Positions 16,195 through 23,836 of a DNA stretch of 32,000 nt are shown piece by piece. The stretch comes from Thermoproteus tenax Kra 1 (lineage in GTDB: Archaea > Thermoproteota > Thermoprotei > Thermoproteales > Thermoproteaceae). A program made the translations under genes and the position numbers. The notes under the pieces are model-generated. The model searched no databases. It had not been told where the DNA came from and saw nothing but the letters and a program-made list of their open reading frames with translations. Position 1 is the first letter of the stretch, and every line of letters starts with the position of its first letter. The stretch is taken from NCBI RefSeq assembly GCF_000253055.1, contig NC_016070.1:540001-572000 (forward strand), written 5' to 3'.

Positions 16195-18285
16195 TTAGTT
16201 TCCTGCTACTAGGACACCCAGCTTTTTGGCCACCTCGCCGTCCAAACTCCTTAACAAATCTCTATTTCCAACCATATGATAGTAGTCAGTTATACCGCCT
16301 GCACCCATAGCCAGCTTTAGTTCTTTAGTCAAACTATATATAGTATTTTCATACCATTTTCTTTTCACAGCGTAGCTACCTGCGGGCCTCTTGTGGATTT
16401 GGTCGAAGACTTCATAGGGCTCTACCAGATCAGCGCCTAGCGCGGCCATCTTATAGACGTCTGCGCCGTTGTTCAATTTGCCCACCGCTATTATCGTCAT
16501 CCTCTCTCTAACGCCCGTCTCTCTAGCCCTTATGTCCAACATAGAGACAGCCTCCTCGAGCCAAACATCGCCTCCCAACCTCTCGTCGACCACTATGACT
16601 CCCTCCTCGGGCTCCAGCCTCTTCGTGGGCGGGACTCTCACGTGGTCGTAGTCGTTTAGACAGTATCCGCGCTCCGGGCATCCGTTGCCGTTCACCAGAG
16701 CGCCGGCGGCGTAGCCGGCCATCACAGCCGCCCTCTCATAGCCGGGCACCACTACGGGCGTGTCTAACTCAAACCCATTTATATATACCTTAGTTCTCAC
16801 GTCCTCTCTGTACGGATCAACGGAGGGATGTGTCACTTGGGCCGCCTCAATCCTCAAGAGGTCCAGAGGTCTCCTCGCCGGATATGTGTAGCCGGGCACT
16901 ATCCCGCCCATGCCTATTACCGGCGCTGCGCCCTCCTCGTAGACCTCTCTGGGCAGAACTGGGGCGTAGTCCTGATAGAAGGCCAATTGCCCCCTCTCCA
17001 TTAGATCGACGCCCACAGTCTTGGCCACGTCTTCATCAACGTAGTAGATCCCCAATAAATCCCTTCTGGACACCAACTCTCTTACGCTGTTCATCCCTAG
17101 GGCATACAATATGGCCTTCAGGCCGTTCCTCAGCCCCCTCAGATAGTTGCGCAACGCCTCGGAGGCCCATGCAATGTCCAAGTCGGGCCTCATACCTATC
17201 ATATTAGTGAGGGAGGTCGGGCACCCGCCCGTATGGCATGAGTGGCACATGATACAGCCCATCGCCAGAAGGGCAGCCGTGCCTATGTTGGCCATATCGG
17301 CGCCGAGCGCTATCAGCTTCGCTATGTCCGCTGCGCTGTATAACATTCCGCCGCCTATCACTAAGAAGTTCTGCCTCGCTCCGTTCTCCCTAAGCCACTT
17401 GTCCACTACAGGTATCGCGTAGTCGATTGGTATCCCCAAGTGGTTTCTGACTGCAAGCGGCGTGGCGCCAGTGCCGGCACCTGCGCCGTCGATAATGATG
17501 CCCTCGGCAGTGGACCTGGCGGTACCCACAGCGACGTACATTATCTTGTTCACCGCCGCGACCTTCACGAGGACCGGCTTGCCGGTGAGATCTCTCAAGG
17601 CCTTGACCCTCTGTGCTAGATCCTCTATGGAGTATATGTCGTGATGCGGCGCAGGCGATAGGGCCTCGCTGCCCTCCGGTATCTTCCTCAGCTCGGCGAT
17701 TATCTTAGTGACTTTTCTGCCCGGCAGATGGCCGCCTATGCCTGGCTTTGCGCCTTGGCCTATCTTGATGTTGACGGCGAGCCCGGCCCTCAGCAAGTTC
17801 ATGTCCATGCCGAAGCGGGCTGAGGCCCACTGAACCACTATGTTCCTATACTTGGCGACCTCGGGATGGAGACCTCCCTCGCCTATTCCAGCCACGACTC
17901 CCTCCTCTGTCGCCGCCTTGGCTATAGCTATGTTCGGATTGCCGCTTAAAGCGCCGAAGGACATATCGCCGAGATACACAGGGAGGGAGAGCTTTGTGCC
18001 GAAGAAATCTATGCCAACGTCGACATCGAGCCTATCGGCGACCTTCACGAGCTCGTTGACATCTCTAGGCCTCAGATCCTTGAACGCCATTCTGTCTAAA
18101 AGCCGACCGGTCTTGGAGGGTCCCTCCTCCAGCGCGTAGGGCACTAAACCTGTCTGAGCCGCATATCTTACGTATTCTATCTTCTCGTGAGACCAAAACT
18201 CAGCTATTCTATGTATCGCCGGGCGCAAATATATATTAACCTGGCGCACTATATATGTTATCGACGAAATATATAAGCTTAACAT
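16195..18285 (-). CDS. GltB-like glutamate synthase FMN-binding (domain 2, COG0069) protein with an extra C-terminal degenerate barrel-like half
   Basis: Motifs present are LPVYLGDMSFGALS, IKIGQGAKPGIGGHLPG, SPAPHHDIYSIEDL and IIIDGAGAGTGATP. The Cys cluster is GCIMCHSCHTGGCP. The 696-aa length compares with roughly 450-500 aa for single-domain relatives. The ATG at 18285 has TTTAAAG about 29 nt upstream. Confidence 0.8.
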   Translation of the reverse strand: MLSLYISSITYIVRQVNIYLRPAIHRIAEFWSHEKIEYVRYAAQTGLVPYALEEGPSKTGRLLDRMAFKDLRPRDVNELVKVADRLDVDVGIDFFGTKLSLPVYLGDMSFGALSGNPNIAIAKAATEEGVVAGIGEGGLHPEVAKYRNIVVQWASARFGMDMNLLRAGLAVNIKIGQGAKPGIGGHLPGRKVTKIIAELRKIPEGSEALSPAPHHDIYSIEDLAQRVKALRDLTGKPVLVKVAAVNKIMYVAVGTARSTAEGIIIDGAGAGTGATPLAVRNHLGIPIDYAIPVVDKWLRENGARQNFLVIGGGMLYSAADIAKLIALGADMANIGTAALLAMGCIMCHSCHTGGCPTSLTNMIGMRPDLDIAWASEALRNYLRGLRNGLKAILYALGMNSVRELVSRRDLLGIYYVDEDVAKTVGVDLMERGQLAFYQDYAPVLPREVYEEGAAPVIGMGGIVPGYTYPARRPLDLLRIEAAQVTHPSVDPYREDVRTKVYINGFELDTPVVVPGYERAAVMAGYAAGALVNGNGCPERGYCLNDYDHVRVPPTKRLEPEEGVIVVDERLGGDVWLEEAVSMLDIRARETGVRERMTIIAVGKLNNGADVYKMAALGADLVEPYEVFDQIHKRPAGSYAVKRKWYENTIYSLTKELKLAMGAGGITDYYHMVGNRDLLRSLDGEVAKKLGVLVAGN

Positions 18286-18295
18286 TAGGCAGATG

Positions 18296-18305
18296 CCTAT
18301 ATAGG
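18296..18305. promoter_or_regulatory. perfect 10-bp palindrome CCTATATAGG between the TATA-like box and the start codon of the GltB-FMN gene
   Basis: I read this directly from the sequence. It lies 11-20 nt upstream of ATG 18285 and contains the GCCTAT core seen in other nitrogen-gene promoters in this window. Confidence 0.4.
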
Positions 18306-18347
18306 ATTCGTTTAAAGCAATATATCAATCAATTTGTTTTTGATGAG

Positions 18348-18368
18348 CTTATTAAGCTTCTTATTAAG
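18348..18368. promoter_or_regulatory. two tandem copies of the 9-bp palindrome CTTATTAAG with a 12-bp period; the first copy extends to the 13-bp palindrome AGCTTATTAAGCT
   Basis: I read this directly from the sequence (18348-18356 and 18360-18368). It lies 63-83 bp upstream of ATG 18285 inside an AT-rich spacer. Confidence 0.35.
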
Positions 18369-18439
18369 AAATCCATTTAATTTTATAATCTAATATAAGG
18401 TAGACTTGCTCTATTAATTTAATGTCGCACCGATATCCT

Positions 18440-20113
18440 CTATCTTTTAGGTTTTATGATAGTAAATATATCATTTTCTATTTTTATATTTTCATTAAAT
18501 ATTTCATTGAATCTTTTTATATAATAATTAAGTTTATTTAGTTCATCTTCATTGAGCTCCCTTTGTTCAATCTCTATTTCGTCCTCGCGTCTGCGTTCCT
18601 CTTTCAGCCCATCTAGTTCAAGCGACCTAAGGTAGCGCTCCCACGCCCTTCTATCCATGTGGCTTACGGCATCTCTCGGCACCTCGCCTCTTATAAAGAT
18701 CTCGCCGCCGACCATGCCTCTAGCTATCATGTCCCCTACAGGCTCGTCGTTCGTGGCCCTCAAGACGATTATAGTTCCTCTGCCCATGTACTCACCCAAG
18801 TATTTCCCGGCGGAGCCCCCTATAACGACCGTGGCTCCTCTCAACTGGATGCCCGCCCTGTTGCCCGCGTCCCCATAGACGTAGATCTCCCCGCCTCTAG
18901 CCGCTTGGCCTAATGTGTCTCCCGCGTTCCCATAGACGGCGGCCAGACCTCCGTTCATCGCGTCGCCGAAGTCGTCTTGTACGTCGCCGTAGACGTAGAA
19001 GAGGCCCCCCGACATTACGTTGGCTGAGGCGTTGCCCACAGTCCCCCACACCCTAAGAATCCCCGACTCCATGCCGTTGCCCAAATATCGATGTCCGTTG
19101 ACGTTGACCACTGAGACTTCGCCCCTTTTGGCCAACTCGGCTCTAACGATAGATGCCAACGATATTGCGTCGTAGAGAGATGCGTCTATGGCGTCTTGAG
19201 GTGGCTGAGGCAAGTCTGGGTAGATATACCTTCGTCTGAAGTTTCCCTTCAGCTCGTCGCCCTCAGCGATAATGTATTCTCCCCCTCTCAGTGCCCAGAC
19301 TGATGCGGAGGGCATGACGGCCCTAATGGCGCCAATCTCAGAGGCCACGGCGAGGACGCCGTCGGCTACGCCGACATACAGCGGTCTGAAGTGGTTCGGG
19401 TCCACGAACGCGCCAAATATGGGCTTAGATCCGCCTACGATGAAGGCCACGGCGTAGGGGCCGTCGAGCCGCGCCCATCGGTACCTCCTTCCGTACATTA
19501 GCTCTTGGACTGCCTCCTCGATGCCCACCTCGTTGGCCAAATAGGCCAACAGATACGCTATGGCCTCGCTATCGTTGCCAGTGAACTTGGCGTGCATTCT
19601 GTATTTAATGAAGTTGACGTTTGCGCCGTAGCTGCTTAGATCTCCGTTGTGAACTATCGCCACGTCACCTGCGGCAAACGGGTGGGAGTAGTATGGCATT
19701 CTGCCGGGACTGTTGGTTGGATAGCGCGTATGACCTATCCAGATCTTGCTTTTGAGCCCGTCCACTCCGTAGATTCTCGGGATGTCCTCCGGCCACCCTA
19801 CTACTTTATATATGTCTATCCATTTACTATTTAGATAAATATATCCCTCTATATCCTTATATTCGTTGAGCTCTACATCAAAAATATTGCCTGGAAGTTG
19901 TATAAATTTCTCGCCTATAGGTTTATAGGAAAAAGCCTTGATGCGGGGTCTATCGGAGGGTCTATAGAGGGCAACGCCGGCGCCATGCGGCGTACCCCTC
20001 TCCCTCATTGTGGCGAGGGCCCTCACCACGAGCTCTATCGGCACCTCAGATGAAGTCGAATAGATTCCAAATATGCCGCACATGAGCGCTCCATATAGCC
20101 TATATAAAAGCAT
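18440..20113 (-). CDS. fusion of a class-II (PurF/GlmS-like) glutamine amidotransferase domain with a GltB C-terminal GXGXG beta-helix domain
   Basis: The MCGIFGIY nucleophile context and IGHTRYPTNS and VHNGDL blocks mark the amidotransferase domain. GXGXG-type repeats follow: GNASANVMSGGLFYVYGDVQDDFGDAMNGGLAAVYGNAGDTLGQAARGGEIYVYGDAGNRAG...GSAGKYLGEYMGRGTIIVL. The mature N-terminus needs Cys. Either ATG 20083 (MCGIF) is the start, or 20113 is the start and a 10-residue propeptide is removed. Confidence 0.8.
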   Translation of the reverse strand: MLLYRLYGALMCGIFGIYSTSSEVPIELVVRALATMRERGTPHGAGVALYRPSDRPRIKAFSYKPIGEKFIQLPGNIFDVELNEYKDIEGYIYLNSKWIDIYKVVGWPEDIPRIYGVDGLKSKIWIGHTRYPTNSPGRMPYYSHPFAAGDVAIVHNGDLSSYGANVNFIKYRMHAKFTGNDSEAIAYLLAYLANEVGIEEAVQELMYGRRYRWARLDGPYAVAFIVGGSKPIFGAFVDPNHFRPLYVGVADGVLAVASEIGAIRAVMPSASVWALRGGEYIIAEGDELKGNFRRRYIYPDLPQPPQDAIDASLYDAISLASIVRAELAKRGEVSVVNVNGHRYLGNGMESGILRVWGTVGNASANVMSGGLFYVYGDVQDDFGDAMNGGLAAVYGNAGDTLGQAARGGEIYVYGDAGNRAGIQLRGATVVIGGSAGKYLGEYMGRGTIIVLRATNDEPVGDMIARGMVGGEIFIRGEVPRDAVSHMDRRAWERYLRSLELDGLKEERRREDEIEIEQRELNEDELNKLNYYIKRFNEIFNENIKIENDIFTIIKPKR

Positions 20114-20182
20114 TTCATCATATATATTTCATAAAACTGGCGTGCGAGACAACACATTTATACAAATAAGACTTTTGTAAAA

Positions 20183-20656
20183 GTGTTTGGAGGCCGAGGA
20201 AGGGGATATTATAAGGCCATTGTATTATATCTACTCTCGTCGGGGCCCTTAAGCGGCTACGAGATAATTAAGGCGATAGAGAACGCGTTCAAGGGCAAGG
20301 TAAAGCCTTCGCCGGGCACAATTTACCCCCTTCTAAAATATCTGGAGGAGGAGGGCTACATAACCTCGGAGGAACAGCCCGTGGGAAGGAAAAGGAAGAA
20401 GATCTATAGGTTGAACGAGAAGGGGAAGGAGCTATTAGCTCAATACTCCAACGACCCAGATTTTGTCCAACTCATGGCCTATTTTAAGGAGGGGGGCACA
20501 GCCCAGTTGGACATTATATCTTCTATAATCGAGGAAGTGAGGTTCCTCTCCGAGATCTTCGACGAGCTGGAGACGCACGATAGGGCGAGACTTCAGGAGC
20601 TCCACGCGACAGTGGCCGAGTTCTTAGAAAAAATAGCGAGACGCCTTGCGTCATAA
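20183..20656 (+). CDS. PadR-family winged-helix transcriptional regulator
   Basis: The wHTH pattern is LLSSGPLSGYEIIKAIENAF...PSPGTIYPLLKYLEEEGYITSEE...GRKRKKIYRLNEKG. The GTG start has CATTTATAC about 25 nt upstream. Confidence 0.85.
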   Translation: MFGGRGRGYYKAIVLYLLSSGPLSGYEIIKAIENAFKGKVKPSPGTIYPLLKYLEEEGYITSEEQPVGRKRKKIYRLNEKGKELLAQYSNDPDFVQLMAYFKEGGTAQLDIISSIIEEVRFLSEIFDELETHDRARLQELHATVAEFLEKIARRLAS

Positions 20657-20688
20657 AACTTAAATATATCGATATATCTATTCGCTCT

Positions 20689-22818
20689 ATGAATAAAGCG
20701 TGGTCGTTCGCGATAGTAGCGCTCCTCCTTCTCTTGGCACAGACCGAGGCCGCGGGCGTTATCCCGGTCTATATAGGCATCAGCGTACTCCAGGCTCCGC
20801 CTATAGCGCGCCCGGGCTCTCTAGTCCAACTTACCATCCTTATAACTACCACATCGCCTATGGGGCCTGTAGAGGTGATCGTGAACTCGACTAAGCTCCT
20901 CGTCTTGACCGGAGGTCGATACGAGCTGGCCGGCTTAGCTCCAGGTCAGCCCATCCGACTGACCTCTGTAGTAGAAGTCCCCATAGGCGTGGGCCCCGGC
21001 TCCTATAATGTGACAGTCTCCTTAGTGAGCCCGGCCGGCGGCCGGACGATCCGGAGCTTCAACTACACTGTAACGGTGGAGCCGCTCGACTTCGGCGCGC
21101 TGGTCGTCCCCGTCGTTAGACAGCCTCTTGTCCCAGGACAGCCCGTAGAGCTCCCAGTGTTGCTGTTCAACCCCACGCCTGACGCCATGAAGGCATATGT
21201 GGACGTCGTAGGGGGCCCCTTCGCGCAATACCTCAACGCTTCTGCGTCTTGCTCCTCCTACGTCCCCCCATTCTCCAACTCCACTTGTGTTATTCCCCTA
21301 GTGGTTAAGCCCAACGCTTCCTCAGGCGTCTACGTGGCTCAAGCGAATGTAACTTACGTTGATCAAAATGACGGGTCGGCGGTCGCATTCGCTAAGAAGT
21401 TCAACGTGACAGTGCTTCCGCCCCCAGACTTCAACCTGGCGCTTCTGCCGAACGGCGCCGTGATCGTAGGCCAGCCCACTATCTTGACTCTGGCCGTTTC
21501 AGCGTCGGGCGCCGTACCTCCTACAAACGTCACCATTATACCGCTCAATACGACCGACATCCATTTCGTCTTCAACGAGGTTAAAATGCCCATTTTGACC
21601 ACGGCACAGATACCGTTGGAGGCCTTCGTGGAGCACTACGGCACAGTAAAAGCCGACTTTGAGATCTGTTATTTTGTAGGCTCCTGCACAACGAGGGAGG
21701 TCACCTTGTTTGTACCGCAGCCAGACGTTGCTGTCGACGTCTTCGCCAACCCGCCTCTCTCATACCCAGGCTCGATAGTCCAGTTGAACATCGTCGTCTC
21801 GGCGAATAGGCCAACGGGGCCTATCACGATCAGTGTGAACTCCTCATATCTCAAGATACTTGAGGGAGCGATGGCCGAGCTACCTGGGTTAGCCCCCGGC
21901 GCGCCAGCGACGATAACCGCCGTTGTAAAGGTGCCCGACCAAACAACTCCGGGGGACTATCCAATTACCATGCAAGTTGGGGACGAAGAGTACACCTATC
22001 TGGTCCACGTAGAATCTCCGAGCGTCTTGATACAGAGCGTCCTCATAGAGCCTCCGGTAGTAGTGTCGGAGAGTCTGTTGCCCTATGTAAAGGCCATTGT
22101 CTCCTTAGTCAACACCGGCGTTGTACCCGCGCGCGATGTAGTGGTGCAGCTGAGCGGGGTCCCGGTCGTCGGGAACTCCACTGTGCCTCTCGGCGTGTTG
22201 CCGCCCGGCCAGCCTGTCCAGATACCGTTCCTCCTTAACGTCACTGGCTTAAGCCCCGGCGAGGTCGAGCTGAGGGCCGACGTCAGATGGCTCGGCGGCG
22301 CGGCAACGGCCAGCGCGCCGCTCACTGTGTTGCCCAAGGCCGATTTAGAGGTCAATTACACTGCTGCGAACGCACAGCCGGGTTCAACGGCTATAGTGAC
22401 TATCACTCTGACCAACAGAGGGCCGGTGGCTGCCAAAATGGTCTCACTCCAGTGGACGCCCAACCAGATCTTCCAGCTCCACACGCCCAGTTCTGCTACG
22501 CCTACTGCCAACCTGTTGGAGTCAAACGTCAGATTCTTGGGCGACATAGCGCCTGGGCAGAGCGTCTCTACTACATATCTCGTTGACGTCTCTAGCGATG
22601 TGCCCGCCGGAGTCTACTACGCGACTATAGTAATAGAGTGGAACGAGACGGGGGCTCTATATCCGGTTGTAGAGACTGTGACAATACCTATACGAGTGAG
22701 CCAGACCGTCAACTGGCTAGAGGTGGGACCTCTGGCGCTTGCCTTGCTCATAGCAATAGTCGGCGTCGCTCTGATCATCAGAAGGAGATCGGGGCATAGC
22801 AATAAGTCCCAGCCTTAA
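20689..22818 (+). CDS. large secreted, C-terminally membrane-anchored surface protein built of CARDB/Ig-like beta-sandwich repeats (COG1361-like)
   Basis: The signal peptide is MNKAWSFAIVALLLLLAQTEAAG and the C-terminal TM helix with basic tail is LALALLIAIVGVALIIRRRSG. At least 6 repeats carry the (L/I)xPGxxxxxxxxVxVPxxxxxGxY pattern. By my count there are about 15 N-x-S/T sequons. Confidence 0.75.
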   Translation: MNKAWSFAIVALLLLLAQTEAAGVIPVYIGISVLQAPPIARPGSLVQLTILITTTSPMGPVEVIVNSTKLLVLTGGRYELAGLAPGQPIRLTSVVEVPIGVGPGSYNVTVSLVSPAGGRTIRSFNYTVTVEPLDFGALVVPVVRQPLVPGQPVELPVLLFNPTPDAMKAYVDVVGGPFAQYLNASASCSSYVPPFSNSTCVIPLVVKPNASSGVYVAQANVTYVDQNDGSAVAFAKKFNVTVLPPPDFNLALLPNGAVIVGQPTILTLAVSASGAVPPTNVTIIPLNTTDIHFVFNEVKMPILTTAQIPLEAFVEHYGTVKADFEICYFVGSCTTREVTLFVPQPDVAVDVFANPPLSYPGSIVQLNIVVSANRPTGPITISVNSSYLKILEGAMAELPGLAPGAPATITAVVKVPDQTTPGDYPITMQVGDEEYTYLVHVESPSVLIQSVLIEPPVVVSESLLPYVKAIVSLVNTGVVPARDVVVQLSGVPVVGNSTVPLGVLPPGQPVQIPFLLNVTGLSPGEVELRADVRWLGGAATASAPLTVLPKADLEVNYTAANAQPGSTAIVTITLTNRGPVAAKMVSLQWTPNQIFQLHTPSSATPTANLLESNVRFLGDIAPGQSVSTTYLVDVSSDVPAGVYYATIVIEWNETGALYPVVETVTIPIRVSQTVNWLEVGPLALALLIAIVGVALIIRRRSGHSNKSQP
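20794..21024 (+). repeat. internal repeat A (77 codons) of the surface protein
   Basis: It aligns without gaps to 21748-21978 (APPIARPGSLVQLTI...LAPGQP...VVEVP..GPGSY against NPPLSYPGSIVQLNI...LAPGAP...VVKVP..TPGDY). I counted about 35 of 77 identical residues by hand. Confidence 0.7.
21748..21978 (+). repeat. internal repeat B (77 codons) of the surface protein
   Basis: See repeat A for the gapless hand alignment. Confidence 0.7.
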
Positions 22819-22850
22819 TAGATCTCATAAATCTAGATAGATTCTCCTGC

Positions 22851-23267
22851 GTGTTCGTATCTCTTGAAGATATCCTAGAGAGAGTTAAGGCAAAAACATT
22901 AAAAGAGGGGGCTCCATGCGCGCCCGGTAATATAGACATTGTGTTGTCCGACGATCTCTATCTTTCGGGCAACACAGCGGTTCTCAAAACGCCGGAGGGG
23001 CACAGATGTTTAGATATCGGCATTCTCTCGGAGGGTATACAGTCCGTTGCGTATCTCAGAATAGTTAAACAAGCACAGTTCAAGACTCTGGAGCCGCCCT
23101 ACGTCGAGATATCTGGCGATGAGGACAGATATCTGGTCCTGGGGGTCTACAATAACAAGGTCTATATGGCTGAGTGGTCGGGGATCAGGTTGTGTTGCTC
23201 ATGGATTGTCGATATAAGTTTAGATGAATATAAAAAATCATATGAAATATTAAAAACATATATATGA
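22851..23267 (+). CDS. hypothetical 138-aa protein with four cysteines including a CC pair
   Basis: The GTG start has CTCATAAATC about 23 nt upstream. The stop overlaps the next ATG (ATGA at 23264-23267). I recognise no family. The cysteines sit in APCAPG, HRCLD and RLCCSW. Confidence 0.55.
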   Translation: MFVSLEDILERVKAKTLKEGAPCAPGNIDIVLSDDLYLSGNTAVLKTPEGHRCLDIGILSEGIQSVAYLRIVKQAQFKTLEPPYVEISGDEDRYLVLGVYNNKVYMAEWSGIRLCCSWIVDISLDEYKKSYEILKTYI

Positions 23268-23836
23268 TATTTCAATCAATATTTGAAAAATTTAATCTCA
23301 ATATCAATGATAAGGAGATGGCCATATTGGCGTCCATTTTGGCCAACGAGCCCGTGACGGCGTACAAAATAGCCGTAGAGAATAGGATGCATTTCTCCTA
23401 CGTCTACAAGAAGGTTGAAAGTTTCGAGAAAGCAGAGCTCGTGGGCTATTACTGTGAGCCCTACGATGGAAGAAAACTGTACTACTTACTCCCCAAGGGC
23501 GTAATACTATTGTTGGGACACGAAAGGCCGGAGAGGCTCTATATTGATAAGCTGAGGGATAAGTGGCACTTGAAAGATTGGGGAGATCAGGAGATAATCG
23601 ACTTAGTCAATATAATTATTAGACACTATAGGCCGGGCATGCCCATAAACGACATTGTCATGGTCGCCTACGCGTTGTATACCAGATATCTAGCGGGTGA
23701 TATAGCCGTCGGAGATCGCGAAAGGGGCGTGCTCAACAAGCTGTTCAGAAGATCGTTCGAGGCTCTCGTAAGCCTCATAAGCTATGATTGTCTGGAAAAG
23801 TGTAAAGGGAGGCTGGCGAGTAGAGAGTATATATGA
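23264..23836 (+). CDS. hypothetical protein with N-terminal winged-helix (MarR/TrmB-like) DNA-binding domain
   Basis: KEMAILASILANEPVTAYKIAVENRMHFSYVYKKVESFEKAELVGYY...GRKLYYLLPKG fits a helix-turn-helix plus wing. ATGA overlaps occur at both ends of the gene (23264, 23833). Confidence 0.55.
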   Translation: MIFQSIFEKFNLNINDKEMAILASILANEPVTAYKIAVENRMHFSYVYKKVESFEKAELVGYYCEPYDGRKLYYLLPKGVILLLGHERPERLYIDKLRDKWHLKDWGDQEIIDLVNIIIRHYRPGMPINDIVMVAYALYTRYLAGDIAVGDRERGVLNKLFRRSFEALVSLISYDCLEKCKGRLASREYI

